A stretch of 32,000 nt of DNA from Candidatus Methylomirabilis oxygeniifera (GTDB lineage Bacteria; Methylomirabilota; Methylomirabilia; Methylomirabilales; Methylomirabilaceae). Shown here one piece after another: positions 18,435-27,074 of the stretch. Made by a program: the position numbers and the translations under genes. Under the pieces are notes generated by a model. That model saw nothing but the letters and a program-made list of their open reading frames with translations. It searched no databases and was not told the DNA's origin. The stretch is taken from contig FP565575.1 in assembly GCA_000091165.1 (NCBI GenBank), positions 1,590,001-1,622,000 on the forward strand, written 5' to 3'. Position 1 is the stretch's first letter. Each line of letters opens with the position of its first letter.

Positions 18435-19817
18435 CTATGGGAGCTTGATCCCATATTTCTTCATCAGGCGATGGACTGTCTTTCGGTCCACACAGGCAGC
18501 CTTTGCGGCTTGCGAGATATTGCCGTCATGCCGCTTGAGGAGCCGGACCAGATAGTCCCGCTCAAATGAGCCGGCCCACACCTCTTTTGCCCGCTTGAGC
18601 GGCAGTTCATTCGGCGACACCAGCAAGGCGGCTTCGGCCTTTATGCGGATCTGTTCCGGTAGATCCTGCGGCCGGACCAGCTCGTGTTCGGCCAGGACCA
18701 CCGCTCGCTCCATGACATTCTGAAGTTCGCGAACGTTCCCAGGCCAACTGTGCGCCTCCAGGAGCCGCATTGCCTCCGGCGTGACGCCTTTGACTTCCTT
18801 CTCGCTGCCGGCTGCATATTTTGTCAGGTAGTGATGCGCAATCAACTGAATATCTCCCGCACGATCGCGCAGGGGCGGCAGCGGAAGCGAGATGACGTTC
18901 AGGCGATAATAGAGGTCTTCCCGAAATCTGCCCATGGCGACGGCCTGAGCCAGGTCGTGGTTGGTGGCCGAGATGACGCGCACGTCCACCTCGATCATTC
19001 GGTTTGAGCCGACCCGTCGCACCTGACGTTCCTGCAGGACTCTCAGCAGCTTCGCCTGAAGATTCAGGCTGATGTCGCCCACTTCATCCAGGAAGATGGT
19101 CCCACCGCTGGCAAATTCAAACAGCCCGGGACGAGTCGCCTGCGCTCCCGTGAACGCGCCCTTCTCGTGTCCGAACAGTTCACTCTCCAACAGGTTCTCC
19201 GGAAGCGAGACGCAATCAACGGGGATGAACGGACCGGTCGCCCGACGGCTGTTGACATGGAGACTCCTGGCGATCAGCTCTTTGCCGGTCCCGGTCTCAC
19301 CGATGATCAGGATGTTGGCCTCGCTCTTCGCCACCTTCTTGATGGTCTCAAAGACCTGGAGCATCGGCAGGCTCCTGCCGATGATATTGTCGAACCGATG
19401 GGTCTCGGTCAGTTGCTCCAGAAGTCGCCGGTTCTCTTCCCGCAAACGACGCCGGTCCATCGCCCGCTCGACACAGACCCTGAGTTGATCAGCCGAAAAC
19501 GGCTTGGGCAGATAATCGAATGCGCCTTCTTTGATCGCTTCGACGGCGGTCTCGATCGTGGCAAAGGCGGTGATCAGGATTACGGTCGCTTCGGGATCGA
19601 TTGCCCGAATCGCCTGGAGGACGCCCAGGCCGTCAAGGCCCGGCATGCGAAGATCGGTGAGCACCAAATCCGGCCTTTCCCGCTCGTACAGCGTGGCTGC
19701 CTTGCCGCTCTCGGCCTCGGTCATCGCCTCGTAGCCAAAGCGAGTGAGCAGCCTGGCGCAGTTTTCGAGCATGTCCACTTCGTCATCGATCACCAGTACT
19801 CGGCCTAGCTTCGGCAT
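18435..19817 (-). CDS. NtrC-family sigma54-dependent response regulator
   Basis: Receiver (VLVIDDEVDML...DLVLTDLRMPG), AAA+ (GETGTGKELIARSLH, EKGAFTGA, GGTIFLDEVGD), Fis HTH (GNISQAAKAACVDRKTVHRLMKKYGI). Confidence 0.94.
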   Translation of the reverse strand: MPKLGRVLVIDDEVDMLENCARLLTRFGYEAMTEAESGKAATLYERERPDLVLTDLRMPGLDGLGVLQAIRAIDPEATVILITAFATIETAVEAIKEGAFDYLPKPFSADQLRVCVERAMDRRRLREENRRLLEQLTETHRFDNIIGRSLPMLQVFETIKKVAKSEANILIIGETGTGKELIARSLHVNSRRATGPFIPVDCVSLPENLLESELFGHEKGAFTGAQATRPGLFEFASGGTIFLDEVGDISLNLQAKLLRVLQERQVRRVGSNRMIEVDVRVISATNHDLAQAVAMGRFREDLYYRLNVISLPLPPLRDRAGDIQLIAHHYLTKYAAGSEKEVKGVTPEAMRLLEAHSWPGNVRELQNVMERAVVLAEHELVRPQDLPEQIRIKAEAALLVSPNELPLKRAKEVWAGSFERDYLVRLLKRHDGNISQAAKAACVDRKTVHRLMKKYGIKLP

Positions 19818-19837
19818 CCTGTCCCTTCTCTCATCTT

Positions 19838-21163
19838 TCACGCGTCCTCCGCCGGCAACGTCATGACAAAGGTGGTCCCATTCCCGGCCTCGCTCCGGAC
19901 GTCCAGCCGCCCCCCATGCTCTTTGACGATTCCATAACTGATCGACAGGCCCAGCCCTGTACCGTTCTGCTTCGTGGTGAAGAATGGGTCAAAGATCTGC
20001 TGGACAAGCATCTCGGGAACCCCATCCCCGGTATCGGCGACCAGGATTTGGACAGTTCTGTCGTCTGCTCCTAAGCGGCTCTCCACACGGAGGCGGCCGC
20101 CGGCAGTCATCGCCTCGCGAGCATTGGTGAACAGATTCAGCAATACCTCCTCCAGTTGGCTGACGTTTCCCTTCACCTTCGGCAGCGAAGGCGCGAGGCG
20201 CCGTTCCAGAACGATCTGCTCTTTTTCAAGCTGTCGCTCGATCAGCAGCAGGCTCTCCTCGATCACTCCATTCATGTCCAAGGACAGCCGTTGTCCGGTA
20301 GCAGGCCGGGAGAAGGACAGCAGCCCTCGCGCCACGCGGGCTGCCCGCTGGGCGTGCTTCTCGATCACCTTCAGGTCATCAATGAACTGCTTCGGAATCT
20401 CTGTCTCCTGCGCATCCATCAAGGCCAACTCTACACGGGAAGTGATGATCCCAAGCGGGTTATTGATCTCGTGTGCGAGACCCGCTGACAGCGTCCCAAG
20501 GGCGCTCAACTTCTCGACCTGGCGCACTTGCCGCTCCAGGGCAACGCGCCTGGTCACGTCCTCCTTCAACTCGCGATTGACGGCTTCCAACTCGCGTCGA
20601 GCCCGCCGCTCCCGCTCGGAAAGGATGACAAGAGGCGCCACCACCAAGATCATAAAGCCCAACCGTAGAGAGACGATGCTCGCGGAGGTCGGTTGCCAGG
20701 AAGGCCAGATAACCATCACATACAGAAGCGAGGACGAGACCAGCACTCCGACGCCGCGCCGGAAGCCATAATAGTAGGCCTGGAGAGCGGCGATCAAATA
20801 GAGCGCCAGAAAAAATGGACTCTCGACTCCGCCGGTCAGCCGAATCAGGGCCAGGGAAAAACCCAGATCGATCATCAGGACCAGGAGGTTGAGTCGCTTC
20901 ATCCGCTCCTGGTGAGCCACAATCCAGGCATAGAGCAGGATACAGTACAGCGTGAAGGCGTGTAGAAGGAGGGTGACCGCACTTCGCTGGAGCTGGGGAA
21001 AAGGAGTCAGCAGGAGCCACCCATACCCCCCGATGATGGCCGCAACCCTGAGGGCCACAAAATCGTACATCGGAGACTGGCGATGTCCCCGTGTCAGGAG
21101 AGCCAGGATATTGTCGTCGCTTTTCGTTGACACTTTCTCTGTTGCCTCGACACCATTACTCAT
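19838..21163 (-). CDS. Membrane sensor histidine kinase
   Basis: Multi-TM N terminus, HisKA (LSALGTLSAGLAHEINNPLGII), HATPase (VLLNLFTNAREAM, DTGDGVPE, GTGLGLSISYGIVKEHGG). Confidence 0.94.
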   Translation of the reverse strand: MSNGVEATEKVSTKSDDNILALLTRGHRQSPMYDFVALRVAAIIGGYGWLLLTPFPQLQRSAVTLLLHAFTLYCILLYAWIVAHQERMKRLNLLVLMIDLGFSLALIRLTGGVESPFFLALYLIAALQAYYYGFRRGVGVLVSSSLLYVMVIWPSWQPTSASIVSLRLGFMILVVAPLVILSERERRARRELEAVNRELKEDVTRRVALERQVRQVEKLSALGTLSAGLAHEINNPLGIITSRVELALMDAQETEIPKQFIDDLKVIEKHAQRAARVARGLLSFSRPATGQRLSLDMNGVIEESLLLIERQLEKEQIVLERRLAPSLPKVKGNVSQLEEVLLNLFTNAREAMTAGGRLRVESRLGADDRTVQILVADTGDGVPEMLVQQIFDPFFTTKQNGTGLGLSISYGIVKEHGGRLDVRSEAGNGTTFVMTLPAEDA

Positions 21164-21192
21164 ATCATAATTTCACCTATTCAATTTTAACT

Positions 21193-21222
21193 ATTTTAGT
21201 CTGCCCGGAGAACGCGGGTCAA
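21193..21222 (-). promoter_or_regulatory. Putative sigma70 promoter of the kinase-regulator operon
   Basis: Minus strand TTGACC-N18-TAAAAT about 30 nt upstream of the kinase start. Confidence 0.45.
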
Positions 21223-21330
21223 CCCCCGTAGCATTCCTCTGTCATCAGAGAATGAGATCCGTTCCATCCCGCTGCCCCCACCTGGCCCAAGAGTTGCTAG
21301 CGAGAAGAGGGGCAGGCGTGAGCCCCCCGA

Positions 21331-21358
21331 TGCCGTCCGGCGTGCCCGCCGGACGGCA
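21331..21358. repeat. Perfect 11-bp hairpin in the 5' region of the ferredoxin-sigma54 activator
   Basis: TGCCGTCCGGC-GTGCCC-GCCGGACGGCA, ending about 25 nt before the probable ATG at 21384. Confidence 0.7.
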
Positions 21359-21383
21359 GGGGACCCCCCAGGAGTCCACGAGG

Positions 21384-23054
21384 ATGACGCGGATGCGCAA
21401 GGTCCGGTTTGAACCGCTGGGCATCACCATCGAGTGTGACGACACCGAGTCGGTCCTGCAGGTCGCCCTGCGCCAGGGCCTGCGCCTGGTCGATTACCGC
21501 TGCGCGGACGGCGAGTGCGGGGGCTGTAAGGCCCGCCTCCGCAGCGGCCAGGCCCACCTGGTCGCGCCGCCGGATCACGTGCTCTCCGCCAGCGAGCAGG
21601 CCCAGGGCCACGTCCTGCTCTGCCGCACCCACGTCCAAAGCGATCTGGTGATCGAGCTCTTAGCCGGCTCGCTCCTCGCCCCGCCGTTGCCCGACGTCCC
21701 GCCGGCGCGCGCTGCCGAGGCGCTGCTGGGGCCGCTCACCGCCGCCGCGGAGTTGCTCAGCGACGGCCTGCTGGTGCTGGATCCGCAGGGGCAGGTGCTG
21801 CTGTGCAATCGGGCCGCCGCGCACCTGCTGCAGCTCGACCCCGCCCGGCCCTCCGTCGCGGCGATCCCGGAGCTGGCCGAGGTCGGCCGCACCCTGCTGA
21901 CCCGTGCCCCCTCCAGCCCCCAGGAGGTCAAGGTCTACTGCGGGCGCAGCGGCCGGCTCCTTACGGCCTGGGGCCTGGCGCTCCGGCACGGCTCGCAGGT
22001 GGTCGCCGCCGCCGTGCTCTTTCCGACCGCCCGACTGGAGCCGCCCGTCCCCCGCAAGCCCAAGGCGATCGTGGTGGGGGCCAAGTACACCTTTGCCGAT
22101 CTGGTGGGGCAGTCCGCCGCCTTCCGCAACGCGACCAAGATCGGCCTCATCGCCGCCGGCAACACCCTCTCCGTCCTCATCACCGGGGAATCGGGGACCG
22201 GGAAAGAGATGCTCGCGCATGCGATCCACGCCAGCTCCCCCCGCGCCCCCAAGCCGTTCATCGCGGTCAACTGCGGTGCCATCCCCCGGGAGCTGATCGA
22301 GTCTGAGCTGTTCGGCTATGAAGACGGCACCTTTACCGGCGCGCGCAAAGGCGGCCGGTCGGGCCGGTTCGAAGAGGCCCAGGGCGGCACCCTCTTCCTC
22401 GATGAGGTCAGCGAGTGCTCGCCCAGCACCCAGGTGGCGCTCCTGCGGGTGCTGGAGCAGCAGGAGCTCACCCGACTAGGGAGCGGCCAGCCGGTCCCCC
22501 TCGATGTCCGCATCATCGCCGCGACCAATAAAGACCTGCTCAAAGAGGTGGCCAAGGGGCTGTTTCGGGAGGACCTGTACTACCGGCTCAATGTCATTTC
22601 GATCCACCTGCCGCCCTTGCGGGAGCGGCGGGAGGATATCCCCCTGCTGGCGGCCTCCTTCCTGGCCGATGTCGCCGCCGCCTTGCACTGCCCGGACCTG
22701 CGCTTTACGGAGGAGGCGCTGCGCGCGCTCGCGCTCACCCCGTATCCGTGGCCCGGCAATGTCCGGGAGCTGCGCAATGTCCTGCAGCAGGTGGGCGTGC
22801 TCCTGCCGCGGCCCGAGATCCGCTGGGACGACTTTCCCGAGGCGATTCGCACCCTGCGCGGGGAGGCCTCCGAGCGGCCGGAGCCCGGCGGCTGGCTCGC
22901 GCAGACCGAACGGCAGCTCATCTGTCAGATCGTCCAGCAATGTGCGGGGAATTTGTCGCAGGCCGCGGCCCAGCTCGGCATCTCCCGCAGTACGCTGTAT
23001 CGCAAACTGGAGCAGTTTGGTCTGAAACGACAGACGCAGATTGACTCAGTCTGA
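21384..23054 (+). CDS. Sigma54-dependent activator with N-terminal [2Fe-2S] ferredoxin domain, PAS-like domain, AAA+ and Fis HTH (AcoR-like AAA)
   Basis: C-x4-C-x2-C-x31-C ferredoxin pattern (DYRCADGECGGCKARLRSG...HVLLCRTH), LLSDGLLVLDPQGQVLLCNRAA, GESGTGKEMLA, DGTFTGARKGG, GGTLFLDEV, GNLSQAAAQLGISRSTLYRKLEQFG. The ORF extends back to 21252. Confidence 0.92.
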   Translation: MTRMRKVRFEPLGITIECDDTESVLQVALRQGLRLVDYRCADGECGGCKARLRSGQAHLVAPPDHVLSASEQAQGHVLLCRTHVQSDLVIELLAGSLLAPPLPDVPPARAAEALLGPLTAAAELLSDGLLVLDPQGQVLLCNRAAAHLLQLDPARPSVAAIPELAEVGRTLLTRAPSSPQEVKVYCGRSGRLLTAWGLALRHGSQVVAAAVLFPTARLEPPVPRKPKAIVVGAKYTFADLVGQSAAFRNATKIGLIAAGNTLSVLITGESGTGKEMLAHAIHASSPRAPKPFIAVNCGAIPRELIESELFGYEDGTFTGARKGGRSGRFEEAQGGTLFLDEVSECSPSTQVALLRVLEQQELTRLGSGQPVPLDVRIIAATNKDLLKEVAKGLFREDLYYRLNVISIHLPPLRERREDIPLLAASFLADVAAALHCPDLRFTEEALRALALTPYPWPGNVRELRNVLQQVGVLLPRPEIRWDDFPEAIRTLRGEASERPEPGGWLAQTERQLICQIVQQCAGNLSQAAAQLGISRSTLYRKLEQFGLKRQTQIDSV

Positions 23055-23120
23055 GACAGCTGTGGTGGGACAGCTGTCGCAGGGTGGGGCGAATTGGACT
23101 CGACGCTCTTATCACCCGTG

Positions 23121-23149
23121 TTACAGCGGGCAGCCCGCACAATTATAAT
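23121..23149 (+). promoter_or_regulatory. Putative promoter with spacer palindrome upstream of the outer-membrane protein gene
   Basis: TTACAG-N17-TATAAT. The spacer holds a perfect GCGGGC-A-GCCCGC palindrome (23126-23138). Confidence 0.45.
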
Positions 23150-23218
23150 TAAAGGTTAGTGGATCAATGGAGCTTCACGACCGAGGGAACCATCACATCT
23201 TACCAAGGGGGGTGAATA

Positions 23219-24118
23219 GTGAAAATCTTAGGGACACATGTGGGCAAGACGGGCTGGACTGCGGTCGCACTTTTATTGTTTATGCCATTGTTTTCTCTCT
23301 TCATAGGGAATGCGGAAGGACAAACTCGCAGTGAACTGAACCAACTGAAGCAGGAGTTACAAATGCTGCGAAACGAAGTTCAAACGAAGAACAATATGAT
23401 TAACCGGATGCAGCAGCGTTTAGAGGCACTCGAGACGAAGATGCAGGCGGAAGTTCCGCGTCCCGTGGAAGAGAAAATGACCGCTCTGAAGGAGGAGATG
23501 AAGACTGAGTTGGCCGCGAAGGCGGCAAGCTCCGGACTGTCTGGGGGGCAGGTCTTCTTTAAGGGTGGATTTGTCCGCATGGATCATCCGCGGAGCAATT
23601 CACTCTTGACGGCCCAAAGCGATTCCGGCGATAAAGACGGTTGGCAGGTCGGAGGCGGAGTGGACCTGCCTATAATGACGATCTTCAACAGTACGCTTCT
23701 TGGGGAAATCTATGTTGAATATATTCAGACCCAGAAGACGAAAGGTGATTCGCCTGTCGAGGTAGAACCGGGAGCCCCGGGAAAGAAGCTCGCGGAGAAG
23801 AGGGGATTGGAAAACATTCTGACCGTGGGTGTCGCCCCAAAAATCCGGTTCGACAACCTGGGCTCCATCCGACCCTGGCTGGCCCCCTATCGGCCCTGGA
23901 TTATGCCTGTCGGCCTGACCTTCAATGTAAATACCCCCGTCAATAAGGCCATTACCAACATCAGCGTGGGTGGAGTCAGCGGATTTGGCGCTGAACGGCT
24001 TTTCTGGAACAACCGGGTTAGTCTTGGCGTCGACTTCCGCTACTATTGGGGTCCTGATATCCCGGATGAAAACCTCCGACACTTTACCACTGGGGGCTAT
24101 GTCGGGCTCAATTTCTAA
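23219..24118 (+). CDS. Secreted coiled-coil plus outer-membrane beta-barrel protein
   Basis: GTG start with a GGGGGG-rich RBS. Signal peptide (WTAVALLLFMPLFSLFIGNAEG), heptad region (ELNQLKQELQMLRNEVQTKNNMINRMQQRLEALE), then alternating strands ending YVGLNF. Confidence 0.8.
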   Translation: MKILGTHVGKTGWTAVALLLFMPLFSLFIGNAEGQTRSELNQLKQELQMLRNEVQTKNNMINRMQQRLEALETKMQAEVPRPVEEKMTALKEEMKTELAAKAASSGLSGGQVFFKGGFVRMDHPRSNSLLTAQSDSGDKDGWQVGGGVDLPIMTIFNSTLLGEIYVEYIQTQKTKGDSPVEVEPGAPGKKLAEKRGLENILTVGVAPKIRFDNLGSIRPWLAPYRPWIMPVGLTFNVNTPVNKAITNISVGGVSGFGAERLFWNNRVSLGVDFRYYWGPDIPDENLRHFTTGGYVGLNF

Positions 24119-24181
24119 CAGAACAGTTGTCTCACCCGCTGAGACAAGACATGATGCAAAATGAGATTGATATGTGTGGTA

Positions 24182-24221
24182 GAGAAGGGGGAGGCCGTCT
24201 TGGGGACGCCTCCCCCTTCTC
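24182..24221 (+). terminator. Probable terminator/processing hairpin downstream of the outer-membrane protein gene
   Basis: Perfect 14-bp stem GAGAAGGGGGAGGC/GCCTCCCCCTTCTC with a 12-nt loop. No following T-run, so intrinsic termination is uncertain. Confidence 0.5.
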
Positions 24222-24600
24222 GCAACGCGATGCCTACAGAGCTCGGCCCCTGTCAGCCTTCAGAATAATCGCTCTTATTTTGTTCCAGCTTGTGATTGTT
24301 ATCACATTTTCTGGATGGTTGGTGTGCTAACCCCACGGCACCAATAGTGCATAGACAACACCATGCTTTTGTAACTGCAATGTGTGGGTTTATTCGCTTC
24401 TTCCCGATTCTCCCCTGGTCCGACACAACGCTCAATCCTTCAACATCCCACTGACATTACCCACCTCTCCCTTGTCAGCTGCCTCGGAAGTGTGGATAAT
24501 CATCACGCCAGCCTACTGGATTCCGGCAATGAGCGTTGGGTAAGAAGATCGTCGTCCGACAGGGACCAAAAGGGTCCGATTCGGCAGAAGGAGGAGTCGT

Positions 24601-25035
24601 ATGCATGTCACACTTGAACAGGCAGAGAAGGCAATTGCGGCAGCCATCGACAAGGCCAAAGAGCTTGGGACGTGTATGGATATTGCCGTCGTGGACTCAG
24701 GCGCCAACTTGAAGGCGTTCGTCCGGATGGACGATGCGTGGGTCGGGAGCATCGACATCGCCTTCAAAAAGGCGAAAACCGCGTGCTTCTTTGCGATGCC
24801 GACAGGACAGATCGGCAAGCTGTCCCAGCCCGGCGGCCCGCTCTACGGGATTGAGCACAGTAACGATGGGCTCATCACCTTTCCCGGCGGGCTGCCGATT
24901 GTCAACACGGATGGAGTCCTGATCGGGGCGATCGGGGTCAGCGGCAGCACGGTGGAGCACGATCATCTCGTGGCCCAGGCCGGCGTCAAGGTAATTGGTC
25001 TTGCCGATCTCCCGGTACACCCATGGCGGACATAG
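24601..25035 (+). CDS. GlcG/HbpS family heme-binding-like protein
   Basis: [58 protein letters not shown]...GGLPI...[23 protein letters not shown]. Confidence 0.88.
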   Translation: MHVTLEQAEKAIAAAIDKAKELGTCMDIAVVDSGANLKAFVRMDDAWVGSIDIAFKKAKTACFFAMPTGQIGKLSQPGGPLYGIEHSNDGLITFPGGLPIVNTDGVLIGAIGVSGSTVEHDHLVAQAGVKVIGLADLPVHPWRT

Positions 25036-25128
25036 GATTCCTCTCCCCGCCTGGAGAGAAGATCGCGGTGATGGGGAGCCAACGTACCGATCTGCAATCT
25101 CATTGACGCGCCGTCGGTGCATGAGGCA

Positions 25129-25578
25129 TCACCTGATTGCGAGTTTCCCTTTATGGTCGAGCGGACTGATCCACGGGAACCTGGTGCAGCCGAACGCGAA
25201 GACTCCGGAACGCTCTGCCAGAAACTCAATGGTAATTTCCTGCCCCGGCTCGAGATAGCGCCTGACCTCCAGGTCGGGGATTGAAAACACATGCCTGGCG
25301 CCATCGCTGCGAATCGCGACCTTGACCAACGCCGACCTCCCTTCTCGATCCACCGCGACGACAGAGGGCTCACAGCGATAGTTCCGGGCGATCATCGTAA
25401 AAGACAGTCGTTTCGCCTCTACAGGGATACCGGCGGGAGGGGAGATTTCAGGGAAGACGGTCGCGCACCCTGTCATGACCACGACCGGGATCGCCAGTGG
25501 CCAGATTCGGAATCGGCGTATGAGCGTGCTGATTGAAAACCTTCCTATGCTTCGCATCGTGCTATCGCACAATACCAT
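25129..25578 (-). CDS. Cupredoxin-like putative lipoprotein
   Basis: Lipobox-like VMTGC, then ARNYRCEPSVVAVDREGRSALVKVAIRSDGARHVFSIPDL...EPGQEITIEFLAERSGVFAFGCTRFPWISPLDHKGKL. Start uncertain. Confidence 0.65.
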   Translation of the reverse strand: MVLCDSTMRSIGRFSISTLIRRFRIWPLAIPVVVMTGCATVFPEISPPAGIPVEAKRLSFTMIARNYRCEPSVVAVDREGRSALVKVAIRSDGARHVFSIPDLEVRRYLEPGQEITIEFLAERSGVFAFGCTRFPWISPLDHKGKLAIR

Positions 25579-25685
25579 AGGGTTGCAAAGGTTTTCAAGT
25601 GCGGCGACGAACGAGACTTCACAAAACTGCAGAAAGCTCCTATGATAACCTAGGGCTGTTGAAGCCGCCCCCTCTCAAAGCGACC

Positions 25686-27068
25686 ATGACACAAACAAGA
25701 ATATTAATTGCAGACGACGAACCTGCGTCCAGAGCCGGCCTCCAAGAGCTCCTCGCAAGCTGGGGATACGAGGTCACCGCTGCTGCTGACGGTCAGGAGG
25801 CCCTGGAGAAGGCCTCTGAACTCCAACCGTCTCTCATTATCGCCGATCTCATCATGCCGAAAATGGACGGCATCGCTCTCCTTCGCGCCCTCAAGAGCGA
25901 TGCGATCCTTCCATCGCTGATCATTCTGACCGGCCAGGGGACCATCGAGACTGCGGTCCGGGCTATGCAAGAGGGAGCCTACGACTACCTGACCAAACCG
26001 GTCGATATCGGGCGGCTCCGCGTCCTTGTGGAGAAGGCCCTCGAACGTGGAGCGGTATTGAAGGAGGTCAAGCTACTGCGTCACCAGGTTCGTCATCTCG
26101 GCCGGTTTGGACAGTTGGTCGGCGAGACGTCCGCCATGAAGGAGGTCTACCGACTGCTTGAATTGGCGGCGCCCAGCGCTGCGCCCGTCTTCATCTGGGG
26201 AGAGAGCGGAACAGGAAAGGAGCTGGCGGCCAGAACGATTCACGATCTCTCTCCACGGAAACAGAGCCCTTTCGTCCCGATCAACTGTGCCGCTATCCCG
26301 GAGACGCTGTTGGAAAGTGAGATTTTTGGCCACGAGAAGGGAGCCTTTACCGGCGCTACCGAGCGAAGAATGGGATATTTTGAGCTGGCCGACAGCGGAA
26401 CTATTTTTCTTGATGAAATTGCGGAGATGAAGGTCTCCACCCAGGCGAAGTTTCTCAGGATCCTCCAGGAGGGAACCTTCCGCCGCCTGAGCGGAAGCAA
26501 AGAGATCCGCGTTGATGTCCGGGTGGTCGCCGCGACAAATAAAAACCCGGCGCAAGCAGTTCAGGATGGTCTCATCCGTGAGGATCTCTATTATCGGCTG
26601 AACGTGTTCAACATTCAACTACCTCCTCTTCGGGAACGGCGCGAGGATCTTCCTCTCCTCATTCGATCGTTCCTTGAGGAGTTCAAGAGGAAATACGATA
26701 CGGCAGTACGCAGCGTAGGCGCAGGGTCGCTCACCCTGCTGACCGAATACGATTGGCCCGGAAATGTTCGGGAGCTTCGAAATGTGCTGGAGCGGGCCGT
26801 CCTCGTGGCCCAGAGCAACACAATCACCCCAGATGATCTGCCGCCGAACTTTCCGAGTCACCGTCGTCGGTCAATCCGGGAGCCTGATCTTTCCGTCGGA
26901 ATCACAATCGATGCGGCAGAACAAGCCCTGATTCTCGCAACACTGGAACGAACACACCAGAACAAGACTAAGGCTGCGGAGATTCTTGGGATCAGTCTAA
27001 AGACGCTGCATAATAAGTTGACCCGCTATCGCGAAGAGGCCTCCTCGCCGGCGGATCCGCGGGAATAG
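25686..27068 (+). CDS. NtrC-family sigma54-dependent response regulator
   Basis: MTQTRILIADDEPASRAGL...PSLIIADLIMPKMDG, GESGTGKELAARTIH, EKGAFTGATERR, GTIFLDEIAEM, NKTKAAEILGISLKTLHNKLTRY. Confidence 0.95.
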   Translation: MTQTRILIADDEPASRAGLQELLASWGYEVTAAADGQEALEKASELQPSLIIADLIMPKMDGIALLRALKSDAILPSLIILTGQGTIETAVRAMQEGAYDYLTKPVDIGRLRVLVEKALERGAVLKEVKLLRHQVRHLGRFGQLVGETSAMKEVYRLLELAAPSAAPVFIWGESGTGKELAARTIHDLSPRKQSPFVPINCAAIPETLLESEIFGHEKGAFTGATERRMGYFELADSGTIFLDEIAEMKVSTQAKFLRILQEGTFRRLSGSKEIRVDVRVVAATNKNPAQAVQDGLIREDLYYRLNVFNIQLPPLRERREDLPLLIRSFLEEFKRKYDTAVRSVGAGSLTLLTEYDWPGNVRELRNVLERAVLVAQSNTITPDDLPPNFPSHRRRSIREPDLSVGITIDAAEQALILATLERTHQNKTKAAEILGISLKTLHNKLTRYREEASSPADPRE

Positions 27069-27074
27069 GTTCAC

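Noticed and set aside
19974-20771. 265-aa plus-strand ORF opposite the histidine kinase
   Set aside because: Ser/Arg-rich antisense shadow of the kinase domain.
21660-22306. Overlapping ORFs on both strands inside the ferredoxin-sigma54 activator
   Set aside because: Very high GC3 leaves stop-poor frames. The peptides are Arg/Pro/Ala-rich with no motifs, while the main frame has multiple diagnostic motifs.
23090-23218. Sigma54 promoter directly upstream of the outer-membrane protein gene
   Set aside because: No GG/GC pair with correct 10-nt spacing in a TGGCAC/TTGC context. A sigma70-like TATAAT is the better match.
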